A stretch of DNA of 64,000 nucleotides from Lama guanicoe (GCA_013239625.1 MU054391.1:3315130-3379129), one strand, 5' to 3'. Positions 1-13,802 are shown, numbered from the stretch's first letter. Numbers and translations: made by a program. The notes: generated from the letters alone by a model not told the origin.

Positions 1-32
1 CTGAGAATTAGGAAGAAAGATGGTTTCAAAAT

Positions 33-245
33 CACTACTTATTGAATCTCTCCTAGACACCAGGCTCTGTACTAAGGGTTTTCAGGCTTTATTTAATTTA
101 TTCCTAAAAATAGCAAGGTAAGGGACATGATTGCAATACTACAGGGGAAGAAATTGAAGTTTAGAAAGGTTAACCAGCTGGCCGAATGGCAGAGCGAGAA
201 TTTGAAGCCAAATGGCTTTGACTACAAGACCCGTTCTCTTCCCAT
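33..245 (-). mobile_element. MIR SINE (ancient, diverged)
   Basis: cttattgaat...caggctctgtactaag...gaagaaattgaagtttagaaaggttaacca...gaatttgaagccaa follows the reverse complement of the MIR consensus; a weaker second copy follows at about 280-500. Confidence 0.6.
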
Positions 246-1039
246 TTTGTCAAGCTGTCTCTAATCCGATGCTACTTTCATTGATTAAGTATCTTCTCCC
301 GTGTCAGGCTTTATCTTCTTCTCTGCCAGGCACTTTCACATGCAAATAGGAACCTCATTTAACCCCAGGGAAATATTGCACAAATTCCTTTTTAAAAATA
401 ATTTGCAGACAGGAAAACAGCAGCTCCGTAAGAAAAGGACAGGTTCCCCAAGTCACGTGGCTACTATGCAGAAAAGCTAAAATTCAGAGCCCACAGTTCC
501 GCCAGGAACCGACGGGCTGCCTCCCGTGGCATTTTCTGTTGTTTTCTGTCCGATAGTTTGAGCCTCTTGCTAAACCGTCAGAGACCTCAGCACGAGGGTG
601 AGTTCAGACAGCATGATGGAGGGTTCATCATAGGTGCTTGGTAAGCAAATTTTGGCTGAATGATTGAAAATAGGGAATGCGTGAGACTGAGGAATCCCTC
701 TCCAAAAATGTCCAAGGTGGGGCTCACGTGCTAGAGGTCTTCTGCCTTACGGACACTTCCTGTCCACGTCCGCTCTGCCCCTCGCGCCAGGAGGCTGACC
801 GCATGGGCACCGTAAATCAGCCCCTGGCTTTGCTTTGTTCGGCCCAGGCCCAGCCTGCTCTTTCCTTCTGGGGCCGCCGGAGCAGTGGAAGGAACATGAG
901 CTTTGAGTTAGACACACCTCATTCTCTTGCCTAAGACAGATGTTTATGGCCCAGCCTTGTGCCAGGCAGTGTGCTGGCTGCATCGCTGTGAAATCAATAA
1001 ATCGTAGTCCCTGCTCCCCATAAACTTGGGATCAGGCCC

Positions 1040-1345
1040 CGCACCCTCCAGCAGAACTGAGAGGCAAGCTACGCATGCAGTTTTAAATGTACCACCAGCA
1101 CCTCCAATAAAAATTAAAAAGCAAGTCCAGTAACCTTGACGATGCATTTTATGGAACCTAATAGGTCCCACACATTGATGTGATTTCCCCGTGAAAGCTA
1201 TCAAAGATATTTCACATTATTTTTGCATACGGAATCTTTAAAATGTGATGTGTATTTTACACTTAATAGCACGTCTCAACTTGAGTCCTCCGCACCGAAG
1301 TGCTCCGGGTGGGGAGTGGCCACCACGTCCAGCGCAGCGCGGGTC
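1040..1345 (+). mobile_element. MER33-like hAT-Charlie non-autonomous DNA transposon
   Basis: Diagnostic body gatatttcacattatttttgcatac...gtgtattttacacttaatagcacgtctcaa...aagtgctc and a degenerate terminal ...gtggccaccacgtccagcgcagcgcgg. Confidence 0.7.
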
Positions 1346-2149
1346 TAGTAGGAGAGGAAAAATGTTCAAGCAGATCAGTACAACAACACACACCCTGTAC
1401 TGAGACGTCGCAGGTCTCTGTGCTGTGCATCAGCTTGTAATTAACTGGTAAAGAGACAGATGATACCAGCATGAATGGAAACCGCCTGTGGTTCACACAC
1501 AATAAATGTTTTGGTGGTGCAGCAGGGCGGGGCAGACTGACGGCTAGAGAAAAAGCCTTAGCAATACGTGAAGACTGAGAAACAGACTCAGAATCCCCTA
1601 GAGCTGTCTTCCCTTGGTGAAAACGGCACGTGGTTGACGGCTCCATTTTCCATGTTGTTAAGCTCTCTAGTAAAGCTGCAAACACATTTCACACATTGTT
1701 TGAAAAAAAAAATGATGGAGAAAGAAGACTGCATTGAGAACCGAGGTTTAATTTTGCTGAAGCCGGGCTGTGTTAGAGCCAATGTGCTTAAGGATGGACG
1801 TCTCAAAAAAATGCTCAATCAACCCTCAGCATTGAAAAGGGCCCACTGACCGTGCTGCCCAGTGACCATCCCAGGGGAGGCATAATTGCGTGTGTGTTTT
1901 TGCTGGAACAGTTTTTTTAATTTGTTTGTTTGTTTGTTTTTGGTACTTTGAAGTCTCACGGGCGCGCAGTGTGGGGACGCCACCAGCCATACAAACCCTG
2001 TTATTTTCACTTTGCAGTTTAAACAAGAGCTTTTTTCAGTGAGACAAACCATGGTATAGCAGAAGCAGCTGCATTTCAAACACGATGGTAGAAAACACAC
2101 TCAGTTTTACCCGTCGGTCCAGAAAATGAGACAGAAGGACACTGTTCAG

Positions 2150-2310
2150 CTACACTTGACCTGGGATCAAATCCCAGCTCTCCTGATTTCTACCTAAGTA
2201 GTGTGGGCACATTTCTTCACCTTCCTGAGCCTCAGCTTTCTCATTTATAAGCATCTTCCTTGCAGAGTGTTGCCTCCTTACAGGATAGCAGTGAGAAGTA
2301 AATAAAAGTC
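2150..2310 (+). mobile_element. MIR SINE
   Basis: gacctgggatcaaatcccagctct...ttcaccttcctgagcctcagctttctcatttataa resembles the MIR B-box and core. Confidence 0.6.
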
Positions 2311-2404
2311 TATGGGCCTTGCGACCCTATGTGACCACTTCAGGAATGTGAGTTCGCCTCCCAGCCCCAAGGACAACAAGATACATAGTACCTCTGTCAC
2401 TCAC

Positions 2405-2568
2405 CCGCCCATCTCCGGGACAGAGATCACACCATATGCAGCTTCCGACAGAATCTTTAGATCAACACGTGGGTCAACTCTTGTCTTCAGCTTCGTGGAG
2501 CCAGAACATCTTCCCTCTGACATACAGCTCCACACACTCATCTTGGTTTGTTCTTTGTGACTCTGTGA
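2405..2568 (-). other. Candidate 164-nt internal exon of an unidentified (probably non-coding) transcript
   Basis: Minus-strand acceptor gttttgttttcatttttgttttctgcgcag| and donor CGG|gtgagt; one frame open (SQSHKEQTKMSVWSCMSEG...), no recognised homology. Confidence 0.35.
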
Positions 2569-5500
2569 CTGCGCAGAAAACAAAAATGAAAACAAAACTC
2601 CCCCACAGCTTCTCTAGATACATTATGTATTGGTGGACTTCTGAAATACACTTCAAAAACCCTATGTGGACTCAGAATCAAAGTGCACAGGTCATAACAG
2701 GTGCTTTTACTCTTCAGCAAATAGCACATGGTCAACACTCCAGGAGATGCCAGTTTTTTTTTTATTTCAATGAGTTATATTTCATTATAATTAACTTTAA
2801 CTTCACATTCATCCCCAAAAGATCGGGCAGCTCTAAATTCCAGATGGTGATGGAGAAGGATGCAGAAGGTGACCAGCAACAGGCACGTCAGTGCCCCCTG
2901 CCCTTGTCCAAGGTGGGGAGGCTCCATGGCTCTAGCCTTCCTGCTAGAGAACGGGGCACTCTCTGAAGGGTCCCTGAAGCAGGAGAGCCTTGGAAACCAG
3001 GGACAGTCTGCTGGCTGGAGGCCAAAAAGGTGGCCCCATAGACGCTCCATTGTTGACCCAACCTTCACCCAGCTCCATGTCCGCAGCCCATTTGGGGATC
3101 ACCCCCAGACATCACCAAACCCAGTATAACGTGACTGTAAGAGCGTGGGTTTCTTCACCCATCCCCCAAACGCATTTTCACGAGCTTCTGGTCCGGAGGC
3201 CTGTGTGGACCATTTGGCCCATCCGAGTTCAGACTTAGTAACCAAGTGAACACTCTGGAGGAGGCTTGTCTACTGTGATCATCCCTGCTGTGGCTGGGAG
3301 GCGTCCCCAAGAATTGTCTTCTCCCTCCTGAAAGCTTTAGGAAGCTCCCAGGGGTGGCTTGTTTGTGGCCTTGGAGAAGTGCATTCTCTTGTCCAGGGAC
3401 CCTTGCTCTTAGCGTCACTGGCTCCAGCAGTGGGAAGGTTAGCTGCTGGGCACACCAGGGGCCAGAGACACAAAGAGCTATCTGGGTCCTGTCCTCAGTC
3501 ACACTCGTTGGAACCTTCTGGCTTCCGGCTCTCCTGTTCACAAGACCACAAAGCATCATCCTGACCTTCGCTGTCACTCCAAGGGGCTCCTTGACTACTA
3601 CGCAAGGGTGACCCGACTCCTCTGCCCCGTATGACACACCCTGCTCATCCCAGTGGCCTCTGCTAGAGGCGCCCACAGCCCCGGAGACGCCCATCTGGGG
3701 GCCTGACAGGGGCCTTCCCAGGCCTTCTCCTGACACAGCCTCCCTGCGATTCTTACAGTGCGTTTAGAGGTTTAGGCTTGCTGTTGGCGCGCAGGGCGCC
3801 CAAGCCCCTCATTTAATTAGTTTATTTAACTTCTGAACTCCTCTAGGTTATCAAAAGTGGTAGTAAGGATAGTGGAAAATTAATCCATCCAAAGAGGGAC
3901 TCATCCCACAGAAGATGCACGGAAAGTTATTCATGGTCACAAGACTGCATTCCAATTATCGATAAAATGATTTTAATTCTTTCAAGTTTATGTCGGGTTT
4001 GGTATTCAAAGCAGACAACGGTTATGTGAAAGGGGAAATACCAAATGTAGGGCAGCTATAGAAATTAGTACAGGCCCCTCGGCCCCCGGTCTTTCAAAGA
4101 AATTAGGCCAGACTCAAACAGACCCGGGCTGTGGAAAGGTAAGTGGCGAACGCGGCTCTGAAAATGTTTTCCTGCCCGCCAGCACGAGAAACGTCCCGCT
4201 CAGGTCACTGCCAGTGGGCGCCACCTTGTTTTTTCTTGGCTCTTTGGTTTTTTCCTTCATGTTTCTCTGCTGTAGTTACTAATTTTTAAAATTATAACCG
4301 TGTACCACTTTTCTTGTAACATTGTATGTAAGTTTCCAGCAAATTGATTAAAAGGAAAACCCTCTGAGAACTGGGGAGGGCGGGCCACGCATTCGGAGCT
4401 GATCTTCCTCTGACCTTAATTCTCAGACCTCCCATGTCACCAGCATGGAAAGATGTCACATGTGATCCCAGAAGCAGGTGAACGTCCTTTGAGGTTTGGG
4501 GCTGCGTGGCCTGCCGCAGTCAGTGCCTCCTCGGAGCCAGCCTTAGCAGCTCTGCTCGCGCTCACTAACCCTGTGCGCGGCCTCCACGCTGCCAGGGCTC
4601 GTGTGGGTCACTTCACCTGACCCTCCAGGTGCTCGGATACTGGTGCCCTATTAAGTGTCGCTCGCCCCATTCACAAATATCTATCCCACCGTCTCACTGA
4701 ATAGTCTAATTCCAAGGGGTCGATAAGAGCAGAAAGCTCCATAGACTACCCTGGCTTAAATAGCGGCCATGTGTCCTGCTCACACACTGATGATGGGGAC
4801 ACGGCTGAGCGAAGGGTCGCATCTCTGCTCCAGCTGGTGCCAGCTGGGCATCGGAAGGCCTCGCTCGCTCCCGTGGCCTTGCGCCTGTGCGCCAGGTGTT
4901 GGAGCAAGCGGGTAGCTAGACATGAGCAGAGAAAGGGGGGCCGGGCCAGTGGCAGGAAACCACTTGTGGACAAAGCACCGTGCTTTGGTATTTCTTCTTC
5001 CTCAGTCCTTACAACATCCCTTCGATGGGAGCACATTCATTACCTCAATTCAGAGACAGGAAACGGAGGCCACACAGAGTCTCCCAGCGTCACATACAGT
5101 AAGGGCCGAGGTGAGGTTCGGACAGCTTGCGCCCGACACCAAAGCGCAGGGTGGCCAAGACCAGGAAGGGCCACGCGGGTGGGATTCCCGCAGTGATTTC
5201 CCTCTGAGCACTGATTTTAAAGCCCGGTTAAGGGCCCACTCTCTAATTATTACATGTGTTCAAGTCTTTTCTCCTCAGTGAGATGATGCGTTTAAACAGG
5301 TATCCTCGAGATTGAATATTTTTCTTGGGTTCTGTCCTTGTCCACGTCCTGGCTACAGCACAGTCCTCAGCAGACAATCATTCACCACTTGGGATTTTAA
5401 ATGGCCTCCTTTGGGAGGTGAAGGGGACTTTCGCTGCCCTGAAGGCGTGCAATCTGGAAGTCAAGCATCTATGAAAGACCGACTAAAAAGAAGGGTCACT

Positions 5501-5764
5501 CTCTCTGCTTCGCCACGTGCACGGCTGAGACCCTGAGGGGTCAGGAGGCGCCACACGTTGACCCAACAGCCACAGACGCGGCTTTCCTGTCGGCCTCCAC
5601 ATGGAGAGCCATGTGGCTGCATTTCTGAGGCCAGTTATAACTCAGCGTAGTTGCAGGTTATTTACATTGTGTTCAGTCTCTGCAGAATTTGAGGAGAGTA
5701 TTTGTCATTCATCCACGTCCTCACCCCAGTCAAGGTCATTATCCAGAATGAAGCCTTCCTCTTC

Positions 5765-5945
5765 CTTGCTTAACCATGTCTCCCTCTGCCTCAGTTCTAT
5801 CACCTGTAAAGTGGGGCTCAGTGCACCTGCCTCACAGGCTAGGAGCACCTACTTCCCACGGTCGTTGTGAGAATTAAGTGAATGACTGTATGAAAACAGC
5901 TGAGCACGGGACCCAGATACCACAGACACCTAGCACATGCTTGCC
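5765..5945 (+). mobile_element. MIR SINE
   Basis: ccctctgcctcagttctatcacctgtaaagtgggg...gtcgttgtgagaattaagtgaatgactgtatgaaaacagctgagcacgggacc. Confidence 0.6.
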
Positions 5946-6838
5946 CTGAGCACTCATCCTGCATGCAGCTCAGCGCCTTCGGTCAGTGCTGGCTTAGCAA
6001 TGGCTCCGTTTTGAAGGCAAGTCAAGAGTTATGACTTTTCACACCTCTTTACATTTACTCTGACTTTTCTCCCCATCAGCATCTCTGGTTAGTTTCCTTA
6101 TAGTCATTTAACAGGAAGAAATGACCTTTTATATCACATTTAAAGGTGAAGATGGGCAGAAGCAACACGAGGCTGAGGTACACACGTTCGTGGTCAGGTG
6201 GGTTTCCTCACTGGCCGCCGGGTGGATTTCAGGATGACACGCGAGCTCTCCACCCGTGGTGCGGCCGTAAAGAACAGGACCTCTGCGCTGTTTGCTTTCC
6301 TGGGCGCACTGAAACACAGATGGAGCTGTGCTGATGTTCGTGGACAGCCTGACAGAGCACACACAGAGAAGGAAGGGTGAGTACGTTTACACGTGAGGAA
6401 TGGGAGCATGCTCTTGGTTTTTTTTTTTTTTTTACTACTATCTGAGCTGCGTGATCCAAAAAGTCCGGAGGCTGCAGATTCAAGTGACTGGCACCAGTCT
6501 CACGGGTGGGATTCAAAGTGGTGCAGAGGCAGCTGAGTCCCGAGGTCGCTCACCGACACTGTGAGTCCTGTGTCACCTCCAGGGGAGAGAGCTGGGACCC
6601 GCAAGGCAAGTGCAAGGTGCTCGACCCCCGTCAGCTGTCGTTCCGTTCTGACGCTGAGCACTCTGTGATGTCAGTCTCACGTCACCCTCGCAATAGTCAC
6701 GCAAGATCATGCCGTGCTCTGCCCTTTCAGGCCCAGACACCGAGGTCCAGGGAGAGAGCGGGGTCTGCTCGGTCGGGCAGTCTCTACTCTCTAGAATTGG
6801 CGAGCAGGGATTAATTGAAGAGTAGGGTTGTTTTTCAT

Positions 6839-7802
6839 GCCCAGAGTCATGCAGCCAGTTTGCATCCGTGTCAGGACAAAACCCAGATCCCAGGACTCCT
6901 CCTGCAGGGGCCTCCCCTCTCTGCCTCCTCCGCCTCATTCCCCACCCTGCGTGTCGGCTGCACAGGCCCGGTTCTCCCAGGTCTTGTCCTCACCCAGAGG
7001 GAGCCCGGCGGCAGGTGCCTGCCATGCGGGGAACTGAGGAGGTTGGCGGGAGAGGGACCGGACTCTCCCACTTGCTGGGCGGGCTCCCTGAGAGAGTTCC
7101 AAATCTCCCCGACCTGCGCTGGGCTGATTTCAGGATTTAAAAACAGACAGACAAACAAACAAACAAACAAACAAAACAAAAACGACAGGGATGGTTGTGT
7201 TTGGTAATTTACTACATGACAGCAGTGCCGCCCTGTAGAAGACAGAAAACACCAACTGCGGAGTCAGGGACCGGGGCGGGACCCTAGCCCTCTGCTCTCC
7301 ACTCATTTGGAAACTCAATCTTTCTTGCTTTCTGCGTCGCTAAGGGATGGTAATGTCTAGCCCTTAGGAACTTTAAGACAATGCAAAATAGTGTAAGTTT
7401 CTTAACATTGATCTCTGAAAAATGAAATAGCTCCTACTCTATATTACGTTTTTGGGGGAAGGTATGATTTTGCTCCAGCTGTGATTGAATCCTGGAAGAC
7501 AAGCCAGTTGTCTTAGAAAAGCCGGAAACCATATCCCAGACAAAAAGGACTGCAACTCTTGTCCCATGTCCCTTCCTTAAGGCCTTCTGTTCAAATCAGA
7601 GGCACAAAGGGGACCTGGGGACCCCAGCCATTCCTCATTTCTTAGTTACAGGAAATGAGGTCAGAGGGTTTATGTTTCTTGCCCAAAGTCACGCAGCGAG
7701 TTCACATCAGTGTCAGGACTGAACCCAGATCCCGGGACCTTTCCCCGAGAGGCCGCTCCTGCCTGCTTCTCACCCGTCTCCTCTGCCTCAGTCCCGACCC
7801 TG
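6839..7802 (+). repeat. Diverged local direct duplication (copies 6839-6949 and 7681-7802), MIR-derived in part
   Basis: By-eye alignment: 6839-6896 vs 7681-7738 match 49/58 ungapped; 6925-6949 vs 7778-7802 match 22/25. Confidence 0.7.
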
Positions 7803-8114
7803 GCTTCGCTTCCTTGGTGTTTTGTCCCACCCACCCATCCTGAGATGCCAGACTTCCAAGAGTCCACATGAAAAGAGCTCCGCTTAAGGATGCTGCCTGG
7901 CTTTGTGTCCGTCCTCTGCGAGTGGCTCCTGCGGGCATCTGCCCGCCATGTCTTCATCCACATCTTTCTTTCGTCTCTTCTGTGTTCACTGGGATGACCA
8001 GTCCGGGGCTCTCGGCACTGAAGTGGATCCCCGCGCATTCTGTCCATGGTGCGGTGCGGGCTGCTCGGGGGCCGTTTAATACTTGGTGGTTTCAGGTATG
8101 GCTACCCAAATGAC

Positions 8115-8421
8115 CACAGGCACGCGTGGTTCACACGGGCCCACACACGCACGTGCCTCACACATGCAGCGCACACAGGCACACACACTTGCCCTCACAC
8201 ACACAACTCATATAGAACACACATAATTCAGTGTGCACACAGATAAGTGTGCGCTCACATGGCTCACACAGTGCACACACACACACAAGTGCACACACAC
8301 CACAACACATACAGTGCACAAATACAATTCACCAGCACATCCACACACATGTGCCCTCACACACAAAGCTCATGTAGAGCACACACACATTCCCACACAG
8401 CTCGCACGTGTGCACACACAC
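8115..8421. repeat. Degenerate (CA)-rich low-complexity tract
   Basis: About 300 bp of interrupted cacaca/gcacac/cacatg units. Confidence 0.85.
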
Positions 8422-11400
8422 GGGGCCCCCGAGCCGTGCCATCTCTGAATAGATGAACCAGAAAGCACGGGGTGGGTGGGCTCCATCTCGTCTGAAGGCG
8501 ACCTACGAGACAGGATCTCCCTGAGGCTGAAGCTGTCTGGCAGCTGCCGCCTTCGAAGCCACTTACAGGTGTTGCAGAGCCAGCTCTGATCACGTCGTGA
8601 CGGTTGCTGACGTTCGGCGTCTGTCAGCCAAGGGGGAAAAGGCTGAGAAGGGAAGGGGCGGCGCTGCTCCTCACGGTAGGGGGCTGAGGGCTGTCGGTGG
8701 GGGGACTCTCCATCTTGTCCGGCCTGACGCCCGTCAGCCCTTCGTGGGGCCCCCGGGCTCCTGCATCCCTCACACCTGACCCTTTTGACTGGCGAACCGG
8801 AACGGTACCTGGGAACAAAGGCTGTTCCGTAAACTCCAAGCCAGCATATTAAAATTTCATTAGCATTTCCTTTCTCTCTGAGGCTGACTGGCAGCTCAGT
8901 CAAGATAGTGGCAAAGCTGATGTTAATTATTATTTTTTCCACTGGCAAAGCTTCTCCCGCTGCCTCCTCCTGCTGTAAATCAGTCAGAATGTTTCCCTTC
9001 GTTAGACCGTAAGCACTCAGAGGGCTCTAATTACTTTAAAGAATTTCTTATCTTTTATTTCTAAAGCTGAGGTCTGAAAGAGAGAAGGAGAAAGAGGGGG
9101 AGAGCCATAATTAACCACGCAGCTGTGAGTCGTCTGCCCGCGTCTGGAGCTGCCGCGGTCCCCGCCTGTTTGCTGGGCTGTGTGGGGAGACTGGAGACAG
9201 AAATAATGCGACTGTCTTCAAAGCAGGGAGAGCGCTGTGTGCAGCCCCAAGTACTTCAGGGATGCTTTTCAGAACCCATTTTTAATATCAAGATGATTAA
9301 ACAGCCGGCTGGGAAGGCATGGCGCACACATGCCTGGCGTGCAGCCCCATGTCCCAGGGTCCTAGGGAGGCAGCCGTGCCAGGGTCCAGGAGCAGGGTCG
9401 AGGGCATCCTCGAGGGCCCTCTCCATCACCTGGACTCACATCCCGGACACGTGGCCAAGTGCATTTCCTGCCACGAGAAATCAGGGAACACCCCGGGTGG
9501 ATCTCTCTGCCGGGCCGACGGCATGACCGGGTCACTTCCCCTGGAAATGGTTCTCCCCTCCTCGTGAGCCTGCAGAGCAGCGAAGAGGAGAGAGAGCATT
9601 TCAGATGAGTGATGAAAAATACAGAATCTCGCCACCCTGGAGGCACGAAGTCTTGTCATTAGATATAAAAAGCTTCTTTCAGGGGATTGCATTAGCTTCC
9701 TGGTATGATGACTTACAGGAGAGCAAAATGCAAATTGAGGGTTTTCATGATAATCGGTCTTTTCTATATTTCCCCAGAATTGGATCTGCCTCTGGCTGTC
9801 TCTTTGAGTTTTATTGTGTTGACGAGTCTCAAACTGATTATTCCTTGGAAATAAGGAAATAAACACAAATGAAGATAGCGCTCAGAGCGTGTATCTAACA
9901 GAAGGAGTCCTGTAGCCGGAACCCAGAGGATGTTCACGTTCATGTTCCCTTTTGGGTGACGCTCCCATCTGGGCAGCTGAGGTCTGTGTAAATGGAGGCG
10001 ACGAGAAAAGCTCTGAAATTAAGCCACGGTGCTTTCAGACCAGCTGCGCTATAAAGCGATACAAAGCCGATGGCCCCCTTATAGGCTAAATAGGAGACTT
10101 GCTCCTGACAGGGGCGGGGACCACTTGCACTACGAACCCGTGATTATTCAGTCCCCTGAATGTCTCACGTGGGCATCCCTTCAGGAGAGCAGCACCGAGG
10201 TTTTGCTGAAGGACGTGCTGGGGATTGATGATGCAGAAACATCCCATCAGGGACCCGCCAGAGCCCCTTGCATCTCATTCAAATCTTGAGGACCAAGAGT
10301 TCAAAATGCAGTATGAAGAGGTGAGATGGCACCCCCATCGCTCTGATCTCCTGACGAGCACGTAGAGCAGGAAATCTAACACAGACACGGACAGCCTGTG
10401 ATGCTACGGGCCAGACCACCACTGCAGAGTCCTGTCAAGTGACACAAGGTGTCAGACACGCTCAGGAGCGCTGCCGGGTCCTCTCTCGGGAGCAGGTCAG
10501 GGTTCGAGCTGCCGTCTGTGGGAAAACCGAAAGCACGGAGGTGGGGCGTGCAGGTTGTCTTGCCCCGACACTGACGAGGCTCACGACCTTGCAGCAATCC
10601 CCGATCGCCCTGCTCCTCCAGCCTCTCGTCCATCAGGTGAGCAGGACGCTCTCTGCCCACCTGCCTCATGACACTTGTGAAGAGAATCGATGCAAACACA
10701 CAGGGAGCAGAGAAAAGGCAGTAAAAACAAACATCCTTTTCTAAATGAAAAATTATATATGCTTGATCAGTGAAACACTTGGTTTGAATCTGCTTCTAGG
10801 TAAAGACAAGCTTGCTCTTGATGAGATTCTCTTACTTTCTGAACCAACTGCCTTGCTATTTAAAGAACATGTCATTATCTGTTCCCTAGTGCACTGAATT
10901 TGTGTTTAATGAGGTTCCTCTGTCTTTACCAGGATCCGGGGTACCATTCCTCCAAAAATTAGTTTTGATTTGGTGTACGATATAGGAATATAAATTTCTC
11001 ACCCAATATTGAATTAAGCATCCCGTCTGCAGAACTTCCAGGAGCGTGCAATTCCATGATGGTTGTAAAGAAATGGCATGATCCGTTCGGGGCTCTCCCC
11101 TTCTGTCTCTCTCTGTGTGATTTAAGGCAGGAGGCAGTGACCCAGGCATTAACAATCTGCTGAGTCAGCACGGCCACGAGGAAAGGCACAGCTCTGGTTT
11201 CTCCATCTGTAGAATGAGACTGATCATCTCTTGCCACCATTACTCCTGAACAGGATGTGTGTGCATGAGCGGGACGCCATCTGCCGAGAGCCTTGCCTCC
11301 TCGGAGAGGATCTGCAACAATGTCCATGGGGTCCAGCAACTACCAATTCATACAGAGAATAGTAAGGACAGTAATAGGATTAGCTCCCACCTGCAAACCC

Positions 11401-13802
11401 GGCAGTGCTTTCCTGTGCAGAGGAGGAAACTGAGGAGGAGAGGGTCAAAGGCACTTCTAAGGTGATAAAGCTAATAAACGCCAGCCCGCACCTGGCGTCT
11501 GGGAAGTCTGTTTCCCACGCCTGAATTTGCACGGTGTCCGGTACCGTCTCCTTGCTCAGGCCTGACTCTGGCAACTCAAATCGTTTTCTTGCCCTTCTGC
11601 GAGCTAGAAAGTTAGACCCTGAGCCAGGAGACCTAGAGTCTACCCCAGGGCTTTCTTTGGAAACCCGGTCGCATCTAAGTATGCAGGGCTGTTCACCTAT
11701 AAACATTTGATGCTGTCTGAAATTCAATGAGGCTCTTCCAGTTCTAAAATTGAAAGCATCCAATGGCACCAGATAAGGATGTGGAAACAAAGAGAATGAG
11801 ATGCTTTTTATTGGATCTATTGCATATTAAAAGTGTACTATGTATTATTATTTATAGAAATTGCATAGTGTGTGATGTTTAGTACGTTTTAAAATATTGG
11901 GTATTTGGAGCAAGAGTTATTTCTGAGGAAACTTATTTCAGAAATTGAATAACGGATAAGGAAAAAAACATGATCTGATTTATAAAAGTTAGATTTAAAC
12001 TCTTTCAAGACTACTTTATTTTTATTAGAGGATAAGATACTAAACTGTGGATAAGCCAGGTCCTCAGGACGAAAAAAGCTATGGCATTTTTTTAAAAACT
12101 AAACTGATTTTAAAAATTCTGACTTTTACCTTCAAAACTAGGTGGTAAGGCATTCTAATCTCAAGTAAGATCAGGGAGACTGGTATGAAAGTCAGCATCA
12201 AAAACATAACTATCTGAAAATGTCTTTCTTACTTTCCTGAAATTTGTCTTTTTTTTATTTTTTTCACATTTGTTTGCTAAAGATCTTTTGTTTTCAAAAG
12301 TTCCTGTAAAAATGCAAATCTATATTGTGAAAACACTATACTTTTCTCATTCGATTTTTTTACCACCAATTTCTTATATTCCCTTATTATTCACTGAGCG
12401 AGCTCTGAAAAAAACTAGTCAGAAGACAAGTGATTATAGAAGAGGAGATTAGAGAGAGGAAAAAATATATACCCATGAGGGTAGAACATTCTGGGATGTA
12501 GGTGTTCCTAACAGGTGGTGTGATAGCTGAGAATATCCCTGTGGTGGAGGGAACCAGCCAACACGCCTTCCTGCCTTTACCTGGAGCTGAGCTTGAATTC
12601 CAAGGTGGCAAAATACACTTTCAACACTAAAAATGATTAAAAACAAACAAACAAACAAAAAAACAAGACTCACCTAAAACAGCTAATTTCCTAATGGGGA
12701 AACAAACCGTATGGCTCTTATCGGATCCCTTAGGGGAAAAGGGCAGAGCCGATCCAACTCAAGAGGGTGTGTGCTGTGTACGTGTTCTTGACTAGGGAGA
12801 TGACAACGGTCATGGTGGAGACAAAAATACCAAGACACAGGTGCTTCCTCACCTCTGACTTTCAATCCAGTTGGAAGATGATAATGTATGCCCTGCCCTC
12901 AGGACACAGTACAATCAGTTCTTCCCTCTGTAAGTGTTTGTTTATACTCCCAAACTCCTGGAAAACAAGGATTATGTCTTAATTTCCAAAGTCCCTGTCT
13001 GCTGACTCCAATATCCCATATACTAAAATACAGTTAATCGATTTAGGGTTATATTAATGTTAGAGGTACTAAAGCAAAAGAATTTAAAGTTGTGGCAACT
13101 CAGTAGTAGGGCAGATGCTATAGAACATTTTCTAGGGCCAGCAGTCGCTGAGGTGGGCATTAAACACCGTGTGAGAGCCCTGTCAGCAAAGCTATGTGGG
13201 GGTGGAGTATCCATGCTTATACAAAACCTCAGTGTTTTCCTGACAGGAATTTTTATGAATCATTAAGCTTTTATGTTGCCTCTTCTCTCTCCCAGGAAAT
13301 AGTTCGAATACTTAAATCTGTCTAATCTAGAAGAAACCACTACTCGTATACTTCAGCTAGCCAGGCTACAAAGAATGCTTGCCAGGAGCCTCGGACAGCA
13401 AATTCCATTCCAAATTCATGCTTTCGCATCTTCGGCGGTGGTCACCCAGGCAAACGAGAGGCTCATGTAGGTGGCAGGTTTGTCGGCGCCGGTGCAGCTG
13501 GGCTCTGGTGTCTAACAGAGAGGAAAGATGTCAGCAATTTGTGAAGCATGGCACCTGGAATAGGGGTCCAGCTGCCCGTGCTTAAAGTCTCAACAGGAAT
13601 TAAATGCATGAAACAAATATAATAACACAAATTTCAACTGGTGCAAACCCTTTTCAACACTGAATCTCACATGGCTTGAATAGTCTCCAGCTTCGAAAGA
13701 CAGAGAACTAGACGCACAGAGAATGATTTGAGAAATGGGAAGTAAAGCAAGCCAAATGTTCACAGAGCTGTGAAACATTATGGCTGAAAATAATTCTGTG
13801 GA

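Noticed and set aside
3155..3736. 193-aa minus-strand ORF
   Set aside because: GTG start, no recognisable domain, overlapping open frames on both strands in GC-rich DNA
4122..6382. Plus-strand donors AAG|gtaagt (4139) and AGG|gtgagt (6377) as an antisense transcript
   Set aside because: Acceptors weak, no coherent frame, promoter or poly(A); isolated donor motifs are common by chance
8115..8421. CRISPR-like or coding tandem array
   Set aside because: No constant repeat-spacer period; an ordinary degenerate CA microsatellite. No CRISPR or prokaryotic system is seen anywhere in the window
8370..8948. 192-aa minus-strand ORF
   Set aside because: Runs into the CA repeat, non-ATG start, Pro/Arg/Ser composition expected from random GC-rich sequence
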